A program made the translations under genes and the position numbers. The notes beneath the pieces are model-generated. The model saw nothing but the letters and a program-made list of their open reading frames with translations. It had not been told where the DNA came from and ran no database searches. Below, piece after piece: positions 13,846 through 26,395 of a stretch of 64,000 nt of DNA. Each line of letters opens with the position of its first letter. Position 1 is the stretch's first letter. Source of the DNA: Blasia pusilla (Eukaryota); assembly GCA_050084515.1 (NCBI GenBank), contig CM114271.1:1488001-1552000 (forward strand), given 5' to 3'.

Positions 13846-16096
13846 ATAGTTAACATTTTTTTAAATATACAAATTTTACTTGCATGTTTATCATGCCATA
13901 ATGCAAAAAATGAAAAACATCTCGCTGTGGATTTGTGTAGGAGATACGTGAGATATATGCATAAGTCAACTCAATTGTTCATGATATTCTTCTATATGCA
14001 TCAACTATATATATATATAATCATTCTAGAAGAACATTAACTTGATTTGTCCAATACCTCTACAATTCGATAAGTGCCATTCATGAAGATTAAATATTTC
14101 TTTCTCAAAGGAATATAATCATAGATTTAACTAGTCATCAAATTTTTGCATGTGTCACAATAAATTTAACCCATACATGCATCACATGGGTTGGATGATA
14201 GTTTTCGAAAAAAGACAATATCTTTATTTTTAGATTCTTGAATGATTACATGCGTTTTGACTTGCACATCATGCAAAATTGAAGTCTTAAATCTACATAT
14301 GAGTATTAGAAAATGCATATATATATATATTATAGTTGCAATACAAAACATCAACTCGATGTTTAAAATGATTGAACATTGAAGTTTTAGGTTAAACATA
14401 AGTTAATTGAAGAAGTGATATATAATGAGAGACAATTTTTTTAATTAGAAGTTGGACTACCAAATACAACCTTCTTTCCATATTAAGGCTATGTCTCATA
14501 AATAAGGATAATTCAAACGTTCTCATCTCTTAGGAGAAAAGAAACTTTGTTAAGAGAACTTTTTTACTCCGAATAAAGAAAAATGGAAGCAAGATTTCTT
14601 TTGAAGATGAAATTCTTGGGAGGGGGCGGTATTTATTTCCCCAAAATAAGGAAAGGAGGATTTTCTAAATGAAGAAGAAAGGAATTGGGAAATAAGGTCT
14701 AGAAACCATGGTTAAGTTTTTCCAAAATTAGAGAAAGAAGTTTTAAAAAAAAGTATGTAGTGCACCTCTTCTTAGTATTTCTAATATTACTTCAAAAAAT
14801 ATAATAAGTTATACAAGCTCAATATTAGAATATGGAAACATGTGGAAGGAAAGGGTCATGTATAGCTAAGTCTATGGCACCCACTTTAGTGGAGATATGA
14901 GAATTGAGTCATGATCGCAAATCCAAGTAGGAGAGACCTTGGTGTAACCCGCCAAAGTGGACATGTATACTAGTTAATTGCAAGACTTGGAAGGAATCAA
15001 CTTCGGAGCTCAAGATTGCATGTGGACAAAGTCGAGGTCCTCCGTTTGACACATGGTGCTACTCCCTGAAAACTCTTTTTGGGGTCCCATAGGTTAGGTT
15101 AGGAGAGTGACATATCATTATGAGTTATTAATAAATAGGGATCAGTGCATGGCACGGTCCTTTGGGGGTTCTAACTAGTGTATTATTGTTCCAAAATGCA
15201 TATAGAACCAAAAGACAAAAATAAACACCTTGACTATCTAAAGAGGAAATGTATGAAAAGAAGGGAAGGCAAATGTCGCAAACCTCATAGCCAAACATGC
15301 GCCAAGGCGGAAGGAACATTGAAATTATAGGGGGCTCACACTATGATGGTTGCGCATTGGAGAGATCTCTTGAAGGAGACACAAGATATGAGACGTGAGA
15401 AAGGTTGATCATTTCATGCATTTATAGTCGCGACGAAGGAAACGTGAAGCAAGATTGGAGAGGAGTCGAGTCTAGGAATATTGGTTACCAAAGAGCTTCG
15501 AAACCGGACATGGAAGGTGATTGGTGTTTGGGTTTTACTATATTTTGGACCACAACTTTCAGATCAAAGATGGGTTTGGGATAACTAAGGTGGCGTTGGA
15601 AAGCTTATGCAAAGCCAGTTCCAACTTACCAAAGATTTAGAAAAGTGCATATGCAAAGGTTGAGAAACTGTCCAAAAAGGACTAAACCAAGAGTTGGGTT
15701 GAGGGCCAAAAGGAGCGGCCCGAGAGTCCTTCTTCCAAAGATAGGGGGAGGGTGGAGAACCCCATAACTACTACTAAGGGGGAGGGTTTCGAAGGGTACT
15801 TGGGACTTGAACTCCACTTGGGGAGCCACGGGGCAAACCGAGGTCACGGTATGGATCGAAAGGTTGACATTGGGATGCAAACCCCTAACCAAGTCCAAGA
15901 GACTGGATTTTGGAGGCCACTCTTGGATTCCAACCCGCAACCCTTTTTTGGGTCTCCATTAGGGACTCATGCAAGATCCATCAAACAGTTGGGACCGCTG
16001 GGCATGCAAACTCTATTTTAGGTGCTTAGACTATCTAGAAAGTATGTCCCAAGTCTAGGAAAACTTGCCCTTATTGGGAAGTGAGGAACTAGGAGG

Positions 16097-18676
16097 TTGA
16101 GCTTGATGAATGGCCAAGTTGAGAACTCGCGGAGTTGGAAGGCTCAAGCGCAGCGAGTTGCACTAGAACTCAAGCTCAAAGAACGTGAGGATGGGCTTGC
16201 GCAACTCCGCCATGCCATGCTAGACCAAGGGAGTGAGGCCGTTGCGGTTCCAGGAGTGGCGGCAGCTGATCCAGTGAATCATGTAGTGGCAAATCAGCAA
16301 GAATCTCCAACTCAAACTCTCTCTTCGGTGGACCGAGCCGTTGAATCCTTACCACAGGTAGAGAGGTGGATATTGAGATGGCCAAAACCTGCAGAACCGC
16401 CAATCTACAATGGCGAGCGGGACCTCAGCATGTTCGAGTTTTGGGAGTTGGAGATGTCACTGTATCTGCAAGGTTTTGACCAAGCGGGATGGTTCATTTA
16501 TGCGTGCTCGCGGTTGGGAGAAATCGCAAGACGTTGGTTGATGGCAATTCAGAGAGAACGTGAAACAGCAAACCAGGCACCCATCGGAACGTGGGAGGAA
16601 CTGCAGCTGTTAATTAGAGCGTGCTTGGTGCCCGCCAATGAGTATGTGGTGCGGCGCAAGGCATTGGAGTCTTTGCGGCAGACTGGCGGTATCCGTGAGC
16701 ACATTTTTTAGTTCTGAAATCTGGCGATGTCATCCGGAATGACGAATGTTGAGGATTTGTGATACCATTTCATCACTGGACTGCAACATTTCTATACCAT
16801 GAAGGTGGAGTAATGGGGAGACAAACTACCGCCACATGCAATGTTCAAGAAGGTGGAAAATGTGGAGTTCGCAAGGCGCAAACACTCAGTTCTAGGACCA
16901 GCGAGGAGTGTTGAGCGTGCACCAAAGTCTAATCAGAGTTGGCGGCCGGTGCGAAGGGGTCACGGGTTCCAAGGTTGCGTCAAATTGGGATCAGCTAGCC
17001 AGTTTAGTACAATAGCGCGCGGAGGTAGCGTCCAACTGCCGCTGAAAACCAGACCTGGTGAATCTTCAGTGGGTTCTGTTGTGTAGAGCGCCGCCCCTAG
17101 GTTTGGCCGAAACACGGCGGCAAGGAGCAAGTCAAGCTCGCCCGGACCTAGGAAAAGGCCCAACTAGGGAGCAGGATCTAGCAGGCCAGCGGATCTACCC
17201 GCCATGTCTGAGGCTCGCCGCTGTTTTCAGTGTGGGCAGCTGGGACACTTCGCCAAAGAGTGTCCCCACGCCACAATGTTCTTTGCGGATGCGAAGCCGC
17301 CAACAGAACCGAGAATGGCGAGTGAGGGGACCAGACTAGCCGCAAGAGCCGCTGATGTGAGCAGAGGTAAGCCCAAAGTCCTTAAAACTTTGAATCGTTA
17401 TTTGCCTTGGGTGCGTGTTTCCATTAAGGGTGAAGCCATGTATTTCTTGTAAGATATTGGCACAAACGTGAACATTTTTAATCATTCAGTTAGTGCCAAG
17501 TTGGGTCTTAGTGTCACCAAGATAGTGCAGCCCATGACAGTTCGATTCGCCCAAGGGTCAATCCAAGTAGATCACAAGTGTTTGGACGAGGCATGGGCAG
17601 TTCTGTTGTTGCACACCTCCATGAAACCTCAAACCAGAAGATGCGCCGATCCACAAACATATGCAAGACCTGTTAGACGAGTACTCGAGTACTCGGACAT
17701 CATGTTGAGTGCGCTTCCCCTTGAACTACCACCCCCACGTGCACTCGATCATAAAATTGACATACAGCCAGACACAAACATCCCTAGCATGGGGCGGGGT
17801 TGGCGTTTGACATGCACGGAGATGGAAGAGTTGAAGACACAACTCATTGAACTCCTGAATAAGAACCATATTCCCCCAAGCATGTCGCCTTACGCCGTGC
17901 CAATCATGTTTGTCGCCAAGAAGGACGAGACTCTTCAAATGTGCGGAGATTACAAGCCCTCAACAAAGTCACCGTTAAAAATAGATATCCCCTCCCGCTG
18001 ATGGAAGAGACCATGGATTGCCTTGCCACGGAGAGATTCTTTACCGAACTTGATCTCAGATTGGGTTATCACCAAATCCAAATTCCTGAAGGCCATTAGT
18101 TTCAAAATCGCGACCAAAATGCACTATGGACTTTACGAGTACGTGGTGCTGCCGTTCGGTTTGACAAATGCCCCCGCCACATTCTGCACGTTCATGAATG
18201 ATTTTTTTTCGTCACTTGTTAGACGTTTGTGTGATTTTTTACCTGGATGATATTATCGTGTTCTTCCCTACTTGGGAGCAACACTTGGTCAACGTCAAAG
18301 AGGTTTTGAAACGCCTTAGGCGCGAGAAACTGTACGTCAAGAAGAGCAAATGCTCCTTTGTCCAGCGAAGTGTGATGTTTTTTGAGTGTTTGATAGACCA
18401 CGACGACATTCACCCAAACCATGCCAAGGTCTTGGCTTTGGTTGAATGGTCGAGACCCAGCAACCTCACTGAGTTGCAAGTGTTTGGCGACATATTTTCG
18501 GAAACATGTGCATATGTTTGCCAAGGTTTTGGTCCGCTCCATGAGTTAACTAGGAAGAACGCATCGTTTCACTGGGCACCCAAATAGGAACAAGCATTTA
18601 TGTCATTGAAACAGATCTAAGCACCGAGCGTGTGTTGGCGCTCCCCAAACTGGCGAACCGTTTGAGATTGATACGA
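16097..18676 (+). mobile_element. Ty3/Gypsy LTR retrotransposon gag-pol, degenerate and truncated within RNase H
   Basis: Gag-like ORF 16097-16711 (PPIYNGERD...WEEL...LRQTG), zinc knuckle CFQCGQLGHFAKEC (~17220), protease remnant FL*DIGT, RT motifs SPYAVPIMFVAKKD, LPFGLTNAPATF and YLDD (~18240), then RNase H start FEIDT cut at ~18676. Many stops and frameshifts. A possible LTR start (TGTAAC) lies at ~14944, but no LTR pair was seen. Confidence 0.9.
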
Positions 18677-19443
18677 ACGGGGGGCTAGTATTCTTGCAGG
18701 AGAGAGGAAGAGAGGAGAGTCTCTCTTCAAAAAAAAGGGCCAAATCCTTACACTCTCTTCAAAACTTTCATCAACTTTTTAGGTTTATCCCCTACTTCAA
18801 ATGCAATAAATCTTTGAAAGAGAGTAAGAAGTGCACCACTTTCGGGGAAAAAGTAACCACATTTTCTCAGACCAAGATGTGAAGATGGAAATATTATCGT
18901 CAACAATTAGTCATGAAAGTGCAGGAGTGTTTTGCTTCTCCCTCTTGCTATAGAGACCAATCTCCCATCATCGAAAAAGTTATAGGTGGAATTTGGGTAT
19001 TGTTGGGCAAAACAAGGAAAGTAAAAGTAAAATTAAAGATGATTTGTGGCAACATACTCGACCAAATTAGGATAGGTCACCAACTCAGATGAGTTGGCAT
19101 CTCTTCGCAGAGTGCAAATAGTTGCTTCCTCTTCCCCTGGAGTGGAAGAATGTTTCGTCCACTCTGCCAAACGGCTCTACCACTCGCCCTTGAAAGCCTC
19201 ACCATATTTCGGATTAAGTTACCTATTCTCGAGCAAAGCTTCACAAGGGTCTTTCTCAATGTCCGGGAATTTTCCCTCCCTCGAAACACAGTCCATAAAA
19301 TATCCTAGGGGCATATTTTAGACCTTTGCTCATATGAGTAGTGGCCTATACTCTAACGGGTTGGACCGACATTTATTCAGAAACCTTTGTTCGTATCAAC
19401 TGGCGGCCCTCAATAGCACTCCTCCACAGGCTTCCTCTAGACA

Positions 19444-20397
19444 TGCAACCCGTCGGAAATTGACAGGTTCCGACTGCTTTCAATCATTCGGACCTAGAAA
19501 CATTAAAAGAACATGGCTCATAAGGAGACCTCAAAAAGGGCTCAGAAGGAGACCTCCAATGGCTGCCTGCAGACAAGTAACCAATCAGAAACCGACATGT
19601 TGCAATTGCAGGCAATCGTCTGGACCTGCAGCCAGCCAATAATCCGGACTGTGGAGAATCTTGGATTCTGAGAGGTTGCATGACAGGAAAAGGATTCATA
19701 AGGGTTAAACTGCTATGCAGACCTATCATGTTCAATAGAGTTTTTACGCATGACATAACCTAGGTACGAAAAAAGTTATAGAGGGAAGGAACCCAAAACT
19801 TCACAATAGTCAATTTAGACATGCAACTTATCCGAATTCAACCAGTTGAATCACATCAAGAAATAAAAAAGGGTTGAAAAGGAGAGCTTCACAAGCTGCA
19901 CCGAGAAATGCAACTTATCGGAATCCGACGGGTTGTAGGGATAAGTTGTCAAGATAAGTTGTGCTGATCTTCCCGTCGCAAATATCGCAAGACCGAGAAT
20001 TTCTCCATACATCTTCAATCATCGACTTCCATTCTCGGCTTGCAACTCGTCGGAATCTAGTAGGTTGGAAGATGGAAAAAAATGACAACCTAAAGGAGAA
20101 ACCAAAACGCGGACCTTTCAAGTCAATAAGAATTAGTTTGCAACTTCTCGTAATTCAAAATATCGCAAACTTAGTTTCTCATTTGCAACCCGTCGGGTTC
20201 CGACCGGTTGCAAACCTTGTCCACTACAATTTGTCGGAATTCAAGAAATTCCAAACTCAGTCCATGGTCCCTCATTTGTAACCCGTTGGAAACTAACAGG
20301 TTGCAAAACCAGGGCTGTGGTCTGCAACTAGATCGTAATCCGACAGTCTGCACAATTGTTCTCTAGTTTGCAACCCATCGGAATCCGACGGGTTGCA
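19444..20397. repeat. Cluster 1 of the 29-bp palindrome TGCAACCCGTCGGA-N-TCCGACGGGTTGCA
   Basis: About 10 degenerate copies, e.g. at 19909, 20184 and 20369. Confidence 0.85.
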
Positions 20398-21468
20398 AAA
20401 TAAACAACATCGAGTATATAGATCAACACAATCGACAAGAACGAGCTTTGTACACAAAGAAGCAAAATAATTCAGCAAAATTTTACAGAAACCATCATTG
20501 TGCAAAAACTTCTTGTCCTTTAATACATTCGAGGGAAGCTTGGAAATTTACATTTGATCTAGTCTATGATTTTTTCAGCATCCTCATCTACAAATTTACT
20601 CCTAACTCTCCTAGGTTCCTGAACAAAAGGAATGTCTTGGGATACAAGCGGCTACTTTGGCCGATTGAAGACGGGGATTGAAAATATTGGGGAATTCGAG
20701 AGCCTTGTCCCCCCCTAGGTACACCATAACAGTCCCATGTAAGAGGATTTCAGTCCCAACGCCTTCCCCGACAATAAATCTTGCGTGCTCTGCAAAGTGA
20801 CACCCATCTAGTATCAATCTGTGCTCCGCTGTTTGAAACCAATAAATGCCAACTCCAAAAAGCTTCAATCAAGCTGGCTCCGATAAATCTTTGAACTCAC
20901 TTGTCATCATCCGAGAGCTCTTGCAGTATTACTGTCAACTTTGCCCTCTCGATTTTCAAAATTGTAGGAAGTGACGATGGTATCACTATCAATGGTGGCT
21001 TTGGAGCTAGAGTAGTTGGCTTTCGAGGCAAGTTGTATACTCCCACAAGCCTCTTGTTATCCGCCTTTGCCTCTTTGCAAAGTTCAAAAAGTTCCGGCCT
21101 TCCCTCAAGGCAGAGAATGTTCCTGCAACTCTGCCAGACACCTCTGATACTCGCCCATGATAGGCCCACTAAGTCAAAGACCAAGTTCCCTCAAGGCAGG
21201 TGACTTCTCCCTTCCTCCAAGTAAGGGGGTCCCTTCCTACATGAAAATTCCTGGGGGGTGGGGGGGATTGTAGAGACTATCTAAGTTGTACCCATCGGAG
21301 CATGGATCCATTGCATCCGGGATTTGGAACACCTAGAAGTTGTGCTTGGGCCTAAAGAAGCAGTAGAAAAATGAGTGGTCCATCTATGAACAAGCAGGTG
21401 GAAAATAATGTCAGAAAAAAGCAAAAGGTAGTAGACCGCTGGTCTACTCTCCATATAGTGACACAATG

Positions 21469-21974
21469 TGCAACCCGTCGGGATCCAACGGGTATCTCAT
21501 TTGGCTAGACACAAGAGTAACCTGTCGGAGTTCGACGGGTTGCTTTACACTCCAACAGGAATCTATGGTGATTAGGAACCCGACGGGTTGCTCAATTGGC
21601 TAGAGAGAACAGCAACTTGTCGGAGTCCGACGGGTTGCTATACAACTCAAAAAGGATTCTTTGCTGATGAGCAACCCACCGAAACCCGACAGGTTGCTCA
21701 TTTTGTTGGACAGAACCACAACCTGTCGGAGTCCGATGGTTGTCTTACAACTTGATCGATGTGCTCCTAGTTGGAAAGTCCATAATATGAAAGCAACCCG
21801 TTGCTTTTAGACGGGTTGCATCACTGCAGACACAAGTGGAAATGCAACTCTACTTGCAACCGGTCAGGTTCCGACGGGTTGCAATCACTGGAGACTAGTA
21901 AGTGAATTTGCAACCTGTTGGGTTCCGACGGGTTGCATGCAGAGATGCAACCCGTCAGATTCCGATGGGTTGTA
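21469..21974. repeat. Cluster 2 of the 29-bp palindrome (putative intron)
   Basis: About 10 copies spaced roughly 37-75 bp apart, e.g. at 21469, 21611, 21854, 21909 and 21946. Confidence 0.9.
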
Positions 21975-23800
21975 TTTTTAAACCATCTCAATTCGTTCAA
22001 AAAAGTGAAGTTGGAAACTTTCGCGGACTTGATTCGTCGCCGATCTGAGTGGGTACTCATTTTTTATGACCCACAATTACGCCGTCCTCCACTTGAGCGA
22101 CCTCTTCACGTATTGAAGGTTGAAGTGGTTGTCTTCGCTCCCTCCACTCAGGACCAAGAAACAACCCCTGTCACTGAGATAAGCGTCATCGAAAGAAAAC
22201 AACAAAGCGATCTGGTCAAAGGAAAGTAGAACATTCCAGTCACGGACAATGTCAACGAATTGTTGTCCCACAAACAAAACCCAGAAGGAAAATCTGCAAT
22301 GAGGAGGTCCATCACCACCTCCTCAATGACCCCATGCACCGTCTAGGGGATGTGACCGTTTCGGAGGAGTTTTTGCCCTTACATGGTCAACTTCTCAATG
22401 GCAATTGTCAAATCGTGAGAACTGAAACTCTGCAGTTCATGGACAAGATGAGTCAGGTGAAGAAGGAAATTTGGCATGCTAGTTGTTTCCTATGTCTGCC
22501 CAAGGATGATGGAGTGTATTCCATATCCTTATCTCCTCCCTCGGACAAACCAAGCGCCTCCCGCTTTCGATTCTCCTGAGTGTGTTGTCGCCTTGTTGGA
22601 GTTTCCGTTACCTCAGACTCCACTGGCGTTTTCTTTGACAAGGACCTGGTCTGGCCTTCTCGCCTATAAGACTTTGCCTCTCGCCTTGAATACTCAACCT
22701 CTTTTCTTGAAGACTTGGCCTCGGAATTCCTGGACCCCCTTGCCTTTGCTTTCAAACCCGCTGTAGATTTGTCCTTGGTGGTGACGACCTTTGCCACAAA
22801 CGTTGTTGTCTCGATGGCTTGCTCCTCCACATCTCCTTCGAAAAATTCGTCCAAGATTCATGTCGTCCCTGGCAGCGACCACTGCATCATAGACCACGCG
22901 CAGATTCTTGTCTGTTATCTCCTCCGGGTCGTTGAAGTCCAACCAGATTTGACAATTTGATACCTCCCAGTCGGACATGCCTTGCCCCTTCTCCATGTTG
23001 GACATGGAGAATCCCTCTCCATCAGGCGGAGAAGCCCATAATTTGCAGGCTACCAAAAATTTTGCCAAGTATTTGCATTCACACAATTTATGAGGTACCT
23101 GTACACCATCCATTGGGAGCTCTTTCTCGGGATGACTCGGCCGCCTGCTCCTGAAGATCCCGCTTCTTCTTTGCGAAATCCAATTTTTGCACGTCTATTT
23201 CCTCGTCCAGATCTGCCTGAGGGAGGATGTGATTCTTGAACATCATCCGGAAGCCTGGGTTTTTTTCGGCTTATCTATGATGTCATCAAGCCACAATTCA
23301 AAATCTTCTACAGCCTCTAGGTTTGCTTCTCTGGAACTGGCTCAATCTTCATCAGCTTCGCTTGTAGACCCACGATCATCAATTTCCCAAGAAAGCGCAA
23401 CGCGTCCTAGAATGACCATTCCCATAGCCAATGGGAGATCAATGGATTTGATACTCCCGGAGGGTGGTAAGTTGCCCGCTTCTGTGCGTCGGTATCCTCG
23501 AGACTGATTTTCATCAATCGGATTTGCCTAAACTCGAATATGCCGGCCAATGCAAAATTGTGCAGACCGTCTAGAGACACTTTCTCTCCAATTTGATGGA
23601 TGAATCTTGGGAGATGAAGGTATTTGCCCAACTCTTCTTCTTTATTTGAGCTCCCTTTGCGAGCATCTCATCGACCCAGGAATCCCTTGTACTCTATCGG
23701 GTGCTAAGCACCTTCTTGACCCTGTCACAATCCTCAATCCAATGGTGGGTGCGTTCCCCTCGGATACAATCCTTCAAATCCAAACACAAGGTTAGAATAC

Positions 23801-24753
23801 TGCAACCCGTCGGTTTCCGTCTGGTTGCACGAGAGAGTCATGAACAGAGAGTGCAACATGTCGGACTCCGATGGGTTGTAACACTCTCGGGAGATTGTAA
23901 GGATGCCCAATCTTTCAGAGTTCGATGGGTTGCAAAAATTTCTTTGACTTGCAATCTCTTTGACAAAAAATGTATATTCTGCAACCCGTCGGAGTCCGAC
24001 GGGTTGCACCTCTGTCAACCCATTGGGGTCCAAAAGGTAACACATTGATGTCCTTTGACATGAAGTGATGTAATCTGTGGGAGTCTGAGGGGTTGCTGAA
24101 TGACTCTTATTCCTTGGATCCAACCTGTTGGACTCCCACGAATTGTAAAATGACTTCAATTCCGAGTCAGGTTTCTGGATGAAAATTGGCCATCGCAATC
24201 CGTTGGACTCCCACGGGTTGTAAAATGACTTCGATTTCGAGTCAGGTTTGTGGATGAAAACTGCCCATAGCAACCCGTCGGAGTCCGACGGGTTGCCCAA
24301 TGGCCCTGTTAAGTAGTAATTTGAAGCCTAAAAGCAAGCTGTCAGACTCCGAAAACTTGCCCTTGGGGGAAAATGCAACCTATCGGAGTCCAACAGGTTG
24401 CTTTCGACCAAAAGTTTCCAAGAAATAGGGTATAGTCCAACAACTCGTCAGACTCCGACGGGTTGCTTTAAGGCCTCGGATGATTTCTTACCCCTCATTG
24501 AGCAACTGGTCGGAGTCCGACGGGTTGCAGAAAAAATTAATCATGCAATCAATTTTCAACCCGTCCAAGTCCGACTGGTTGCAGTATCTTGGATTAATCC
24601 GGGTAACTTGCCTACCAAGCAACCCGTCGGACTCCGACAGGTTGCTGGACTTTACCCAAAACCTCAATGAGGATGGAGTCTAGAGAATCAAATCATTCAT
24701 GCCCATCTTCAATCTTTCCAATTATGCAACCCGTCTGATTCCGACGGGTTGAA
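23801..24753. repeat. Cluster 3 of the 29-bp palindrome (putative intron)
   Basis: About 13-14 copies, including a perfect one at 23980-24008. Confidence 0.92.
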
Positions 24754-26395
24754 GCAATCAAACATAAGGATCAAGAAACTTACGTATTCATTGCATGCAT
24801 TGCCATTTCCATCGTTTCCATGTGATGAGGAAATGGATGGAGCACGACTGACCTCAAGCAGAAATGGGCCTCCAATGAATTTGGGCGCTCCTCTGCAAAC
24901 TGCGTCCATGCCATGTTCTTGTGGTTCCCATCCCAGATGAAGAAGTAGAGGTTCCGCATCCAACTATATTGGGTTCCTTCAATAGCTCTTATGAACTCCT
25001 AGTCTCTCATCCTCGAGAATGTGGCCAAGCCTCCAAGTCTTCTTCCGTCACGAGAGCATGCGTTCCATGTTTATCGCAAGGCTGAACATAGAAGGGAGGG
25101 AAGTTTTCAACGTAGGATGTTGTCGCTACCGACTACTTCAGCTTTGCAATGTCCTCCTCCGACTGAATTTCGCGGACGTACTCCATTGTCCGCAGTCGAC
25201 AAAGTGGAATTCTTGGGGACTTTTGGCCGTCCATCATTGCCATCTTCTTAACAACCTGCCACAATGGCGATAAAGTAAATAAGCGGTTGTTACAATTTTT
25301 TGCCAATTTTTTGCATAATGAGATTTCACATAACCCGTATTCTTCTTACCCGATCAAAGATTGGGTCGGTGTCCAAGCCGGCCAACTGCTCTAGGACAGG
25401 AGCTGGCAAGTCCACGGGAAGCTCATCGATCCGATAAAGGTCGATTTCTTCCAACGGGCTCAATGACGATGACGACTCTTCTCCTGTTTCTTCGAAGATG
25501 TCCACCATCTCCACACATGCGGTCCTCATGACCTCGTCGTCTGTCATTTCAACTGCAATCGTTTCCTCGGTCATTTTTAAATTCATGGTGTCCCCAGACC
25601 TCATCGGAGACATTTCTTGCATCTCAACACTATCCGTTGGACAGGCAAGGCTTTCTTCAATGGCGATGGCTTTTTCCCTTTGAGCTTTCACCAACTCTGC
25701 TTTCGTGATGGAGGCGTCGAGACGCTTTTTCTCGGCTTCTTGTTAGCGACTCTTTCTTCAAGGCCTTTGATGCCTCAGCCTCCGCGTTTTGCTTTGCTAG
25801 CTCCTCCATAGCAAGCTTTGCCAGAACCTCGTGCATGTGCATTTCTGCTTCCCTTTCCCGCTCCTCTAATTCTTGTTGCCTTATCTCATTCGCCGAGCGA
25901 GGACCACGAGATGGAGCTGCAGGAGTCCTGATGGACTTGGGAGTGACGCTCCCTACCTTCGTTGCTTGTGTTTTCTCCCTCGTCATGGTGCATGTTGAGT
26001 CAGTCCTTCTTCCTCATCAATGTTATCTGCTCTTGTGCACGACAGACCCCTCAAAGCTTCGATGGAGTGCCTTAAACCAACTCTCCAAACGTTGTGTGGT
26101 GAAGCGCCCTCACCTTCCAACGGAGGGGCTTGCCTAAACCAAACTCTTGAAGCATCGTGTGCTGGAGCGTCATTACCTTCCAGCGAAGGGGCCAAAGTAA
26201 CCGACATGGTCAGCGGCCAAGGAAACGTTAACAACAAGGAGGAAGAGCTGCAATTGAAATCCCGGAATGAAGAAGGGAAATGAGCAAAATCTCAGCCTTT
26301 TCTACTTTTTGAGTCGTTGATTCGATGGTTCGTTTGTGGGAAGCGTTGCACCGATGGCGACGTCGGCCGCTACGGTGCTTTGCATGTGGGAAACG

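Larger units (their letters stand above)
20897..25986 (-). pseudogene. Decayed multi-exon gene: ParB/Srx-like domain plus beta-class amino (N4C/N6A) DNA methyltransferase-like domain
   Basis: Exon ~24853-25255: PRIPLCRLRTMEYVREIQ...IAKLK*SV...PFYVQ...RNLYFFIWDGNHKNMAW (DGNH at 24921-24932). Exon ~22020-23799 ends DLLIADFPSG/...DWN...FSFDDAYLSDRGCFLVL (motif IV-like). Exon ~20897-21383: GGREKSP/...LVFDLVGLSWASIRG...RNILCLE (motif X/I-like). Stops and frameshifts throughout; the gene may extend to ~19050. Confidence 0.55.
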
